DNA of 64,000 nt. It comes from Candidatus Obscuribacteraceae bacterium (lineage in GTDB: Bacteria; Cyanobacteriota; Vampirovibrionia; Obscuribacterales; Obscuribacteraceae). Numbering within the stretch: position 1 is the first letter of the stretch; each line of letters starts with the position of its first letter. This document shows positions 29,160 to 39,179 of this stretch, one piece after another. Below the pieces are notes generated by a model. It saw only the letters and a list, made by a program, of their open reading frames with translations, was not told where the DNA came from and did not search any database. Made by a program: the position numbers and the translations under genes. The stretch covers positions 160,001 through 224,000 of the forward strand of contig JBGAHS010000004.1 of the NCBI GenBank assembly GCA_044226015.1, read 5' to 3'.

Positions 29160-30842
29160 TCAATGCTTTTCTTTATTCAGTTGGTCTAGTTTTCTCTGGG
29201 CTTCGAGGAATTTCTTCCCATTGATAGAGCCCCAGCCAGTTGCAGCGTCCCAGCCGGGACCAGCGTTATAACCATTATTGTTGCCATCGACGATATCTCT
29301 GTACATGTCTGTGCCTCCATTCTTGTACAAGAATGGATTTAAGTATCCCACCGGACGTCCCAGTGCTCCATTTACTCGTGCCGTCAAGGCTGCATACAGT
29401 GGAGCTACGGCACTGGTTCCGCCCATCACAGTGTCTGAGCCATGAACTCTAATTCGATATCCAGTTAGAGGGCTGGCGTTTCCAGCTACATCAGGAACTC
29501 CGCGTCCAATGCGTTTGTCATTGTTTGCACTTGGAGGAAGCGTAAGGTTCTTTTGAAACTCGGGTACGTCAAAGTATTGGCTGATACCACCACCGGTGGC
29601 GCCTGTGAATTTGCCTGGACCATCGTTCCATGTAACTTCTTTCTTGTCAGGCAAGCTGAAGTTGGTTCCACCAACACCAGTTACGTAAGGGTCTGAGGCT
29701 GGAAAGTCTGCTGTGTAGCGTCCATCCGGTGACTTGTCGACAGCTCCATCATCACCAGCCGCTGCAAATATAGAGATTCCTTTCAATGCTGCTTTCTTAA
29801 ATGCGAGATCGATATTGTGTTTCGCCTGGTCAGTCCAGCTAGATTCGGGTGCGCCCCAACTTATGCTGATTGCCGAATTTTGTATTTCATCTTTTTCAGG
29901 AAATGCACCGCGTGTGATTGCATCGACAAATCCTTGCTCGCTGTTGGGGGCAAAAATTATTTGTTGCTTCGCGTCAGGTGCTACCGTGCCCACGACCTGG
30001 CTATCGAGCGCCACCTCATTGTCGGCGATCTGTCCAGGAGAATTTTTTGCCCCTCCGATTCCGACGATTTGAATGTTCGGAACTTTCAATCCGTAGCCGG
30101 CGTAATACTGTTGATTATCAAATTTGTCGAGACCACCGCCAAATTGCAAGATTGCGACAGATTGACCAGCACCCAGTGAGTCTTTTGGAAATTCATATGC
30201 GTCAGCAATCTCGTTGGGAAGTGAACCCATGGTTACCCGGGGTTGTATTCCCGGAGCAAGTTTGCGGTAGTGTGTATCAGCTTGTTTTCGCTGATCAAGT
30301 CCAAACACACCTTCAACATCGGTGGCTATATTTCGAGGAATGGAAATGTTGCCGGTGCGCTCTCTGTTAATCTCCCCGTTTTCTTTGTAGTCTTCGATTT
30401 TCACCTGGAAGGCTTTGCTAAGGTCGGCAACACTTCCTTTCAGTACAACCTGTCCCGACCGATCATCTGTTTTTTGTACGGTAAGTCCATTGTCCTTGGC
30501 GAACTTGAGCACACGATTCATCGCATCAGAGTCAGCCCCAAACTGCGCTTTGAATTCGTCATCTGTCAGTGGCTTGATGTCGCCTTTTATGATTTTCTGT
30601 AGTGTCTGGTCCATCTCAGCTTCTGATGCTTTGGATTTCACCATCACGGTAACTGAGATTTCCGCGTTAGGATTTGTCGGTCCTACTCTTGTACCAAAAG
30701 CCGGTCGCGACGAATCCGTTAGCTCAACCCGTTCTCCGACCTGTCTGTGCCTCGGCGAAAATGCCTCTTTCTGCAACGCATCGGACTCAACGGCAGGCTG
30801 AGTTTTCTGGTCTGCTACTTTTTCAGTTGCTCGCTCGTCCAT
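29160..30842 (-). CDS. S53 (kumamolisin/sedolisin) serine protease with prodomain, copy 1
   Basis: NEVALD, SISWG, AAGDDG, PASDPYVTGVGGT, RGVPDVAG, GGTSAVAP, GWDAATGWGS. Confidence 0.95.
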   Translation of the reverse strand: MDERATEKVADQKTQPAVESDALQKEAFSPRHRQVGERVELTDSSRPAFGTRVGPTNPNAEISVTVMVKSKASEAEMDQTLQKIIKGDIKPLTDDEFKAQFGADSDAMNRVLKFAKDNGLTVQKTDDRSGQVVLKGSVADLSKAFQVKIEDYKENGEINRERTGNISIPRNIATDVEGVFGLDQRKQADTHYRKLAPGIQPRVTMGSLPNEIADAYEFPKDSLGAGQSVAILQFGGGLDKFDNQQYYAGYGLKVPNIQIVGIGGAKNSPGQIADNEVALDSQVVGTVAPDAKQQIIFAPNSEQGFVDAITRGAFPEKDEIQNSAISISWGAPESSWTDQAKHNIDLAFKKAALKGISIFAAAGDDGAVDKSPDGRYTADFPASDPYVTGVGGTNFSLPDKKEVTWNDGPGKFTGATGGGISQYFDVPEFQKNLTLPPSANNDKRIGRGVPDVAGNASPLTGYRIRVHGSDTVMGGTSAVAPLYAALTARVNGALGRPVGYLNPFLYKNGGTDMYRDIVDGNNNGYNAGPGWDAATGWGSINGKKFLEAQRKLDQLNKEKH

Positions 30843-31083
30843 ACCCAACCTATATTCACCCCATATATGCAATAGTCGCTGAAAATTAGCGTTTTGGCTT
30901 GAGTACTTTTACGAAAAAAAGCACATTTTGCTCTTAAAAAATTATCCAGAAAGTCAGTATTGACAAACGAATGCAGACTTTTTATTTCAGAATGGCTCAA
31001 GAACTGTCATTATTCACACGTGCGTTCTGTTAGGATTCGCACAAGGTTCGATTGAGGAACTCAATATCACATCAGAGCAATAC

Positions 31084-32691
31084 TCATCGCTTCAATTCCT
31101 TTCTGAGCGAGAACAGGAATTTCTCACCGTTTACCGAGCCCAGACCAGAAGTCGCATCCCAGCCTTTGCCTGCTGTGTAACCGTTGTTTTTTCCTTCTGT
31201 TATGTCTCTAAAGATGTTCTGATTTTCCGGTTTGTATAGAAACGGATTCAGATAACCAACGGGCAGTCTGATCGCGCTATTTGTGCGCATCACCAGAGCT
31301 GCATATAATGGTGCTGCAGCACTTGTGCCGCCTCTTACTGTCTCGTGTCCGTCCACTCTTATTAGGTAGCCAGAATTGTTTGCTGCATTTCCTGCGATAT
31401 CCGGAACTCCTCGACCAGTTTTACCAGTGTTATTTGCATTTAGCGGAACCCCTGCGTTTTGTTGAAACTGTGGCAACGGAAACACCTCGCTAACGCCGCC
31501 GCCCGTCGTGCTTTCCGAATACATGCCTCCTTCATTCCAAACAACTTCGTGGTCTTTGTCCGAATAGATTCTTGTGCCGCCAACTGATGTCACCCATGGT
31601 GATGATGCAGGAAAGTCGACGTTGAATCGTCCGTCCTTAGAGCGATCCACAGCACCATTGTCTCCAGCAGCGACGAAGACAGAAATGCCTTTCATTGCCG
31701 CAAATTTCAATGCTCTATCGATGGACTTCATCGTCTCTGGCGCCCATGTCGACTCTGGAGACCCCCAACTTAAGCTGATTGAAGTGTTTTGCAATTCCCC
31801 TTCTTCTGGAAAGGTTGCTCGTCCAATTGCATCGATGAATCCTTGGTCTGTATTCTCAGCAAATATTATTTGTTGTTTTGCCTCGGGTGCTATGACGCCA
31901 ATTATCTGGCTATCTAAGGCCACCTCGTCATCGTCGGCCCCACCCGGTTGATTGATTGCTCCATCAACTCCTAAAAGTTGTATCTCCGGTTTTTTATAAT
32001 TGTGGCTGTCGTAATAGGCGGCATTATCATCTTTATTGAGACCGCCACCGAATTGCAAAATCGCTACTGATTGGCCCGCCCCCATAGCTTCTTTTGGAAA
32101 TTTGTAGAAGTCTGCCACTTCATCTGGATAAAACGCGAATCGAGAACTAAGAGGGGCTATTTTTGAATTCTCTCTACTTATATGTGGAACTGCTTTGCGT
32201 TCTTTTTCAAGTCCAAAAATGCCATAGACCGAGCCTTTTAATTCATCGGGAATTTGTATAACTCCATCTTTGCCTCGAGGCACGATGCCTTGTCTCTCCG
32301 CTAAGTCGACGTGAAAAACAGTCCCCAATTCTTCTGCGCTAGCACTGAGATACATTTTCCCCGAGCGTACATTTTCTTCCTTGACGATTAGTTTGTTTGC
32401 TCTAGCAAAGTCTCGTACTTTCTGCATTGCTGCTGGGTCTGCACCAAATCGCTGTTCAAATTCGGAGTCGCTTAATGGCGCTCTCTCCCTTCTCGCGACC
32501 TTTTCCATTGTTTCGTCTATCTCGGCATCGCTTGCTCGAGAACGTACGATTACCGTCACACCTTTATTGTTCTGTTCATTCAGATTCGATTTGATTTCTC
32601 TTTCTGAACTCTCCGCCTGAAGCTTGTGCAGAGCAGATGCCTGATTCTGATTTGATTCGTCTGTTGCAGGTATCTTATCGTTTGATTCCAT
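31084..32691 (-). CDS. S53 serine protease, copy 2
   Basis: DEVALD, AAGDNG, PASSPWVTSVGGT, RGVPDIAG, GGTSAAAP, GWDATSGLGS; start uncertain (32691-32706). Confidence 0.95.
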   Translation of the reverse strand: MESNDKIPATDESNQNQASALHKLQAESSEREIKSNLNEQNNKGVTVIVRSRASDAEIDETMEKVARRERAPLSDSEFEQRFGADPAAMQKVRDFARANKLIVKEENVRSGKMYLSASAEELGTVFHVDLAERQGIVPRGKDGVIQIPDELKGSVYGIFGLEKERKAVPHISRENSKIAPLSSRFAFYPDEVADFYKFPKEAMGAGQSVAILQFGGGLNKDDNAAYYDSHNYKKPEIQLLGVDGAINQPGGADDDEVALDSQIIGVIAPEAKQQIIFAENTDQGFIDAIGRATFPEEGELQNTSISLSWGSPESTWAPETMKSIDRALKFAAMKGISVFVAAGDNGAVDRSKDGRFNVDFPASSPWVTSVGGTRIYSDKDHEVVWNEGGMYSESTTGGGVSEVFPLPQFQQNAGVPLNANNTGKTGRGVPDIAGNAANNSGYLIRVDGHETVRGGTSAAAPLYAALVMRTNSAIRLPVGYLNPFLYKPENQNIFRDITEGKNNGYTAGKGWDATSGLGSVNGEKFLFSLRKELKR

Positions 32692-32784
32692 TATCATAGC
32701 CAACACCCTGAATTGCCTCTATGACATTAGATTCGGCAACGTGCGAACAGCGTGTAAGCCAGTCGTGATTTGATTTTATTAAAC

Positions 32785-34455
32785 TTATTTGTTCTGTTTC
32801 TTCAGTTCATCAAGAAACTTATCGCCTTTGATTGAACCAAATCCTGTAGGTGCGTCCCAACCTGGACCTGATGTGTAGCCGTTGTTGTTGCCGTCTGTTA
32901 TGTCTTTGAAGATTCCTTTACTAGCATTCTCGTAAAGGAAAGGGTTCAAGTAGCCAACGGAGTGACCAAGAGCACCGTTTACTCGCATCATCAACGCGGC
33001 ATAAAGCGGTGCCACTGCGCTGGTGCCACCAGTGATTGTCTCGGTGCCTCCGACTCTGATTCTATAACCAGTGATTGGGCTCGCGTTCCCGGAAATGTCT
33101 GCTGCCCCACGTCCAGTTTTTCCTGTACCATTGGCTTCTGCAGGCAAAGTAACGTTCTTTTGAAAATCAGGCACATCGAATTTTGCGCTGATGCCACCAC
33201 CAGAAGAGCCGCCGAAGAAGCCGTCATTCCAGGTTACTTCCTTTCCTGATCGCTCAAGGCGAGTACCGCCAGTGCCTGTCACAAATGGATCTGAGGATGG
33301 ATAGTCGGGCGTGTATTTTCCGTTGGACGATTTATCTCGTGCCCCATCATCTCCAGATGCGGCAAACACAGACACTCCTTTTAAAGCCGCTTTCTTGAAT
33401 GCCAGATTCATGTTTCGAATTGCCTGTTCGTTCCAATCTGATTCAGGTGCGCCCCAACTAATGCTGATCGCTGAATTTTGAATCTCGTTTTTCTCTGCGA
33501 ATGTTGCTCTAGTGATTGAATCGAGAAATCCCTGATCGCTGTTGTCCGCGAAAATAAGTTGCTGCTTTGCGTCTGGTGCAACTGCTCCAATTACTTGGGA
33601 ATCCAACGCGACTTCGCCGTCAGCGTCTCCTCCAGTTTTGTTTTTTGCTTTTCCCAGCTCTATGACCTGAATGCTCGGTTCTTTGAGTCCATGGTCCTTG
33701 TAATATTTTGCATTGTCTGCCATGTCCAGCCCACCGCCGAACTCGACTATGCCGACTGACTGCCCTCTTCCCATAGAATCCTTCGGGAAGCTGTACATAT
33801 CAGCAACTTCATTTGGCATAAAGTTCGCTGCAGCTCTCGGCGCCACAACTCCGTCGGGCGCCGTTCTAAAATGAGTCTTTAACAACTTTGGGTTTTCTAA
33901 TCCGAATACCCCCTGTATGTCATCAGACATTGTTCGCGGCACTAAAACATTTCCAGAGCGCTGTCTGCAAATTTCTTTTCCGTCCTGATAATCATCTAGC
34001 TGAATACCGAATGCCTTGGAAAAGTCACCAACTTTTCCATGAAGCTTTATTTGTCCACTTGCATCATCTGTTTTGGTAACACGCAGATGGTTATCTTTTG
34101 CGAACTTCAAAACTCGCTTCATCGCGTCTTTATCTGCACCGAACTCAGACTCGAAGTCTCTATTGTTCAGCGGCTTCCTTTTTCCTGAACTCAGTTCTTC
34201 CAGGGCTTTGTCTATGTCTTGCTCAGTCGCTTTCGATTTCACCATCACAGTGACATCGATTTCTTTTGATGGATCCGTTGGACCAATCTTCGTTCCGCGA
34301 GGTGACGCAACCTGCGTATAGAGCAATTCTGCTTTGTCAGCCGTAAATCTTATTCGAGGGCTAAATTTTCCGGCAGCCTCTTCTTGAAGCGCATTATTAG
34401 CCTCGTTTGCATCTCTGTTCGGCTGTTTTTCGCCCCGATCTTCCAATCCACTCAT
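32785..34455 (-). CDS. S53 serine protease, copy 3
   Basis: GEVALD, ASGDDG, PSSDPFVTGTGGT, GGTSAVAP, GWDAPTGFGS. Confidence 0.95.
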   Translation of the reverse strand: MSGLEDRGEKQPNRDANEANNALQEEAAGKFSPRIRFTADKAELLYTQVASPRGTKIGPTDPSKEIDVTVMVKSKATEQDIDKALEELSSGKRKPLNNRDFESEFGADKDAMKRVLKFAKDNHLRVTKTDDASGQIKLHGKVGDFSKAFGIQLDDYQDGKEICRQRSGNVLVPRTMSDDIQGVFGLENPKLLKTHFRTAPDGVVAPRAAANFMPNEVADMYSFPKDSMGRGQSVGIVEFGGGLDMADNAKYYKDHGLKEPSIQVIELGKAKNKTGGDADGEVALDSQVIGAVAPDAKQQLIFADNSDQGFLDSITRATFAEKNEIQNSAISISWGAPESDWNEQAIRNMNLAFKKAALKGVSVFAASGDDGARDKSSNGKYTPDYPSSDPFVTGTGGTRLERSGKEVTWNDGFFGGSSGGGISAKFDVPDFQKNVTLPAEANGTGKTGRGAADISGNASPITGYRIRVGGTETITGGTSAVAPLYAALMMRVNGALGHSVGYLNPFLYENASKGIFKDITDGNNNGYTSGPGWDAPTGFGSIKGDKFLDELKKQNK

Positions 34456-34858
34456 TTGCTTTACCCGGTTTTGCTTACACCCGCAATTGCAAGCTAGCTT
34501 GACTGTAAGTTAAAAGTTCGGGGCTGCCACCCGTGATCTTACGAATTATGTGAGATATCTAAAGCTAGTGGCGCCGGGCTCTTTCGGCAATAATGCTCCG
34601 AGAAAATTCGGCTCAGAGTTTTAGAAGCGCGAGCCGCGTCTGCTAGCCGGAATCTACCACTGTTATGGCTGATTGAGCCCATCCTGGTGACAAAGCGGCG
34701 AGCCCATGCATCTTTTTCGAAGTCTCCCCGAGCTCAGAGATAAGCTAAAAGTTTTCGACCTCATTAGTAATTTCACGGTGAATTCACATGGCGAGCATTA
34801 GCATTTACTCACAAATGAATCGGACTTGCCGTAACGCGGTTGGATAGAGGGAAAAACG

Positions 34859-35809
34859 ATGAGCAATCACCATCATGAAATTCACGAAGGTCACAAAATC
34901 GCCAAAGATTTGAAAGACCACCATTACAAATCTGCTGGGCATGAGCTTTCAAATGAGATTCATCATAATCCCTCCCATACCAAACATCTCATTCACGCAA
35001 TCAATCATAGCTTGCATCAGCACAACGAAAAGAGCCTTCACGTCCAACACGACAAGCATGGAAAGCCTGTTCACATCACTTTTAACAACCACAGCATTTA
35101 TGACTCGCACTCATCACATGCTGCAGCAAAACATCCTGCAAAAAAGGCAGAAACTCCCCAGCCACCTGTACGACCGCAAGAACTCAAGGCACACAAAGAG
35201 CACGAGCAAAAAGTCCCGGGGAACCACTCAGGAGACCGCACTCCCCAAGGTGGAATGATGGCTGACTCGCAGGCTAAAGCACATGAGCAAAAGAAGTCCA
35301 GGCACGCTGACTCTACACCAGGAGCCCAGTCAGGAGACCACTCTGCTCACGGCGGAATGAGAGATGATGCACAGAAAGCTCATGAACAAAAGAAAAAAGA
35401 TTCAACACCGGCTGGCCGCTCAGGAGATCACTCTGCGCACGGGGGAATGAAAGAAGACGAACAAGCAAAAGCGCACGAACATAAGAAGCATGGCGACTCT
35501 ACAGCCGGTAACCGCACAGGAGATTACTCTGCGCATGGCGGAATGAAAGAAGACGAACAAGCCAAAGCACACGAACAGAAAAAAGCTAGACATGTTGACT
35601 CTATTCCCGGCAGCCACTCAGGCGATCAGACTCCCCACGGTGGTATGCATGAGCAAGGTCATCGTCATGGCTCAGCAGAATCAAGAAATGCAGCATCAGT
35701 TCCCGGAGCAGCTTCAGGTGACCATTCAGCCAAAGGCGGAATGATGGAAGGATCTCAGTCCCGAGCAAAGCAGCACAAACTAATATTGCCCCCCATTGAC
35801 ATACGCTGA
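34859..35809 (+). CDS. His-rich protein with six SGDxxxxGGM repeats
   Basis: GAGGG RBS; His-dense N-terminal domain; ~30-34-aa repeats from about 35216 to 35790. Confidence 0.8.
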   Translation: MSNHHHEIHEGHKIAKDLKDHHYKSAGHELSNEIHHNPSHTKHLIHAINHSLHQHNEKSLHVQHDKHGKPVHITFNNHSIYDSHSSHAAAKHPAKKAETPQPPVRPQELKAHKEHEQKVPGNHSGDRTPQGGMMADSQAKAHEQKKSRHADSTPGAQSGDHSAHGGMRDDAQKAHEQKKKDSTPAGRSGDHSAHGGMKEDEQAKAHEHKKHGDSTAGNRTGDYSAHGGMKEDEQAKAHEQKKARHVDSIPGSHSGDQTPHGGMHEQGHRHGSAESRNAASVPGAASGDHSAKGGMMEGSQSRAKQHKLILPPIDIR

Positions 35810-35878
35810 TAAATGACTATATGGACAGATTCACAACTCCGAAAGGCTGGTAATCTCGGAATCATGTTTGTGAAGGTC

Positions 35879-35919
35879 TAGTTCAAGAAGGGAAGCCTAG
35901 CGCTTCCCTTCTTGAACTA
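35879..35919. terminator. Perfect 18-bp inverted repeat (terminator or stabilising hairpin)
   Basis: TAGTTCAAGAAGGGAAGC-ctagc-GCTTCCCTTCTTGAACTA; no strong U-tail. Confidence 0.6.
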
Positions 35920-36082
35920 CTTGCCAGCTACTTTCGTTGTTCCTCGCCCAGAGGACTCCCTGCTCGCGCTTAGCAGTGTACTTTTAGATGAATCTCTTTG
36001 AAAAGCTGACTTTGAACAGCAGCTGACCTTGATCATGCCAATGTCGTTGGTCTAAGATCCTGTTTCCCCATCCGAGGATCAT

Positions 36083-36580
36083 ATGACCAGCATCAAAACT
36101 GAAATGTGTACGAAAGAATCCATTGCACCAGCCTTAGGAAAGCTCTCGTCCGGTGTATATATCGCCACCCTTGAGTATCAGAAAGAAAAGCATGGCATGC
36201 TTGCAACTTGGATTGCCCAAGCTGCTTTTGAGCCACCGATGTTGACGATATCTGTGCAAACTCAGAGAGATCTGCTGCGCTTTCTCAGCAACGGAACCGC
36301 CTTCAGCGTGAATGCTCTCGGCAAGAAAAATATGGACATCTTTAAAGCCTTCGCCAAACCCCTCAAAGAAGGTGAAGACCGTTTTGCCGACCTTGAATTG
36401 CTCAAGCTGCCCACCTCTGGACCTGTTTTTGCTCAAGCTATCTCCTATCTCGATTGTGTCGTGAAGGGGCAAATTCAAGCTGGTGACCATGTGGTAATCC
36501 TTGCAGAAGTCTTGGCGGGCAAACTTTTGAACGAGGACGAGCCCATGCTTCATACTCGCAAAAACGGATTTCAATACTAA
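36083..36580 (+). CDS. Flavin reductase-like domain protein
   Basis: ALGKLSSGVYI, WIAQAAFEPP, AGDHVVILAEV, HTRKNGFQY. Confidence 0.9.
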   Translation: MTSIKTEMCTKESIAPALGKLSSGVYIATLEYQKEKHGMLATWIAQAAFEPPMLTISVQTQRDLLRFLSNGTAFSVNALGKKNMDIFKAFAKPLKEGEDRFADLELLKLPTSGPVFAQAISYLDCVVKGQIQAGDHVVILAEVLAGKLLNEDEPMLHTRKNGFQY

Positions 36581-36746
36581 AAATCGCCTCGCTAGGCGGT
36601 TGAATTGGCAGTTACACAATGTTTCCACATTTTGTAGCTGCCTTTTTGCTAGTTTATTTGAGTGGATATTCTTATGCGATTCATTCTGAAACGTGTTACC
36701 AATTGACTTAGGTTCTCTTGGTTGCAAGCGGGTGGCGGCGAATAAG

Positions 36747-37421
36747 ATGGCGAAGATACTTTTAGTTGAAGATGAAATTGACCTCGCCGATACAGTAAAA
36801 AACTGGCTCGAAGAGGAAGAACTCAATTGCGTCGAGCATGTTAGCGATGGTGAAGATGCTCTGCGTAAACTTGAGATTAGAAGCTACGATTTGATGATTC
36901 TAGATTTGCTTTTGCCTCGCCTTGATGGAATGCAGGTATGCAAAAACTACAGGAAAAACGGGGGATGCATGCCAATCCTCATGCTCACTGCAAAGGGGTC
37001 TTTAGCTTCTAAGGAAGCAGGGCTTGATGCGGGTGCCGATGACTACCTCACCAAGCCGTTCCAATTAAGAGAACTAGGGGCACGCATCCGCGCTCTCTTG
37101 CGGAGACAGGGAACACCCAGAAGCGAATTTCGAATCGCAGGGCTTGTGCTTGATCGCGGATCGCACAAAGTGATGAAGAACGCAAAGGAATTACATCTGC
37201 TGCCCAAAGAATTTATGCTTCTAGAGTACTTCATGCGAAATGATAATGTAGTAGTAAATGTTGATACCTTGATTGATCAGATTTGGGGCTCTGATAGCTC
37301 AATTACAGCTGAGACTGTGCGTAGCAATATCAAAACACTGCGAAAAAAAATAGATGAACCTGGACAGGCATCTCTTATCAAAAATGTCTACGGTAGCGGC
37401 TATAAATTGGATGCAAGTTGA
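36747..37421 (+). CDS. OmpR/PhoB-family response regulator
   Basis: ILLVEDE, LMILDLLLP, ILMLTAK, GADDYLTKPF, wHTH LPKEFMLL...VYGSGYKL. Confidence 0.95.
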   Translation: MAKILLVEDEIDLADTVKNWLEEEELNCVEHVSDGEDALRKLEIRSYDLMILDLLLPRLDGMQVCKNYRKNGGCMPILMLTAKGSLASKEAGLDAGADDYLTKPFQLRELGARIRALLRRQGTPRSEFRIAGLVLDRGSHKVMKNAKELHLLPKEFMLLEYFMRNDNVVVNVDTLIDQIWGSDSSITAETVRSNIKTLRKKIDEPGQASLIKNVYGSGYKLDAS

Positions 37422-38668
37422 TGTTTGAGAGTCTGAGATGGCGAATAACATTACTGTTTCTGGGTCTGTCAGCAACTTTGTATGTAGCCCTTACTGCGCT
37501 TGGGCTCATCGTTTTTCAACATGAGCTTAGCTCTTCGCTTGATGAACAGTTGAGAGTCGTACTATCTGAGATTGGCCACGCAATCGAACTTGAAAGCAAT
37601 GTTCCTCACTTCCGGAACTGGATAAGGACTGTGCAAACCGAGCCTCCCCGTTCTCTTGCATCCATACAGCTTTTTGATACCTCAGGTCATATGCTTGAAC
37701 ATTATGGTGCCGCGGGTGTGGAAAGATTGTTTCTGCAGCAAACCGAAGTTAAAGACTCAAGCAAATCTGTGAGAATTTTGTGCAGCCCTGTTCTCGAAAA
37801 TGGTATCACCAGAGGCTATGTTCAGGTACAGCTTTCTACTCTAGATCGCGATGAAACGCTGACAAAATTGCAACATAGCGCGTTCGTTATCGGCATCATA
37901 TTCCTATTCTCTTTGAGCGCTCTGAGTTATTGTATTGCTAAATTAGTAACACGCCCGGTTCAGCAGAGTATTGAAATTTTGAAATCGTTTGTTGCGGATG
38001 CCGGGCACGAACTCAATACACCGATTACCATTTTGCAAACTCGAATTGAGTCGCTTGAGAGGAAACTTTCCAAAGCAGGAATTCAAGATCTGGAAGACCT
38101 CGCAGTGGCTGAAAAGTCGGTAGCCAGGCTCAGTCACGTTGTTAATGACCTCCTTTTGCTTTCCGAGGTGGAAGACCCTGTCTCCGAAATCAGAAAAAGC
38201 GCAGTTTGCGTCAGCAATCTGATTCAGCAAATCGAAACCGAAGTAAAAGATCGCTATATGGAAAAAGGCATAGCGCTGACTGTTGCTGAGTTGCCCGAAA
38301 CTTATGTGAAAGGAAATTGGGATGCGTTGCACCGCTTATTCAGCAACTTGATTGAAAACGCTTTGAGGTACACGGAAAAAAATGGGGAGGTAAAAATCTC
38401 TCTCTACAACTCAGACAGAGATGTTTGTGTCTCGGTGAAAGACACTGGAATAGGAATTCCAGAGGATGCGATTCCTCATATATTTGACCGTTTCTTTCGT
38501 GTTGATAAGTCTCGTTCAAGAGCCTCCGGTGGCACGGGGCTTGGACTCTCCATCGCCAAGGCTATTGTTGATGCGCATGATGGCGCCATTGTTGTTGAAA
38601 GCGTCTTAGGAAACGGCAGCAAATTCCTAGTTTCTATTCCTAAATTGAAAGATCAAAATAGCTACTGA
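37421..38668 (+). CDS. Sensor histidine kinase
   Basis: Two TM helices; FVADAGHELNTP H-box; NLIENA, DTGIGI, FDRFFR, GTGLGL. Confidence 0.95.
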   Translation: MFESLRWRITLLFLGLSATLYVALTALGLIVFQHELSSSLDEQLRVVLSEIGHAIELESNVPHFRNWIRTVQTEPPRSLASIQLFDTSGHMLEHYGAAGVERLFLQQTEVKDSSKSVRILCSPVLENGITRGYVQVQLSTLDRDETLTKLQHSAFVIGIIFLFSLSALSYCIAKLVTRPVQQSIEILKSFVADAGHELNTPITILQTRIESLERKLSKAGIQDLEDLAVAEKSVARLSHVVNDLLLLSEVEDPVSEIRKSAVCVSNLIQQIETEVKDRYMEKGIALTVAELPETYVKGNWDALHRLFSNLIENALRYTEKNGEVKISLYNSDRDVCVSVKDTGIGIPEDAIPHIFDRFFRVDKSRSRASGGTGLGLSIAKAIVDAHDGAIVVESVLGNGSKFLVSIPKLKDQNSY

Positions 38669-38675
38669 GGCGCAG

Positions 38676-38930
38676 ATGAAAAAAGAAAATGTACTTTTTC
38701 AAATGGACAAGCTCTTGGCTGAGTTGGAAGCACATTCTGGACTTGCTTTACTCAAACAAATGCAATTGGAAGTGCAGTGGCTTAAATCGCGCTTGCAATC
38801 AGACAGGCTTGTTTTGCCTGATTGGCCGCTTGTAATTCTGAAACCATTGCAGGATGGTACCCAGATGAAGAGTGTTGAGTTAGCTCGAAAAGATCTTGTA
38901 GAGTCCATATATAAGTATATGAATCAGTAG
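38676..38930 (+). CDS. Small hypothetical protein
   Basis: 84-aa ORF 7 nt after the kinase; GAGG upstream. Confidence 0.5.
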   Translation: MKKENVLFQMDKLLAELEAHSGLALLKQMQLEVQWLKSRLQSDRLVLPDWPLVILKPLQDGTQMKSVELARKDLVESIYKYMNQ

Positions 38931-39179
38931 AATCTGCTCGTCAATTCGTGGAATTTTTGTGATCAATAAATTCCATAAGAGACTTTGCTTAGGCTAAATA
39001 GACGATTTAATAGAACCGGAAATGCTTGCCTGTGGAACACTTCAGTGCTCGACTGTGCTTTTCTGCAAAAAACATGTCAAGAAAATAACGTTCCAGTATA
39101 CAAGTAAAACATGGGGCAGTCGCGAATGTTCTCGGGTGGTTGATGGGATGGATGAGCCAAACACCAGGAGATTCTTACA

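Noticed and set aside
28925..29224. 99-aa plus-strand ORF over the structured element
   Set aside because: No RBS or motif, and it overlaps the protease 3' end; the pairing pattern favours a minus-strand RNA.
35216..35790. GG motifs as double-glycine bacteriocin leaders
   Set aside because: No ELxxxxL-type leader consensus, and no C39 peptidase transporter or modifying enzyme nearby.
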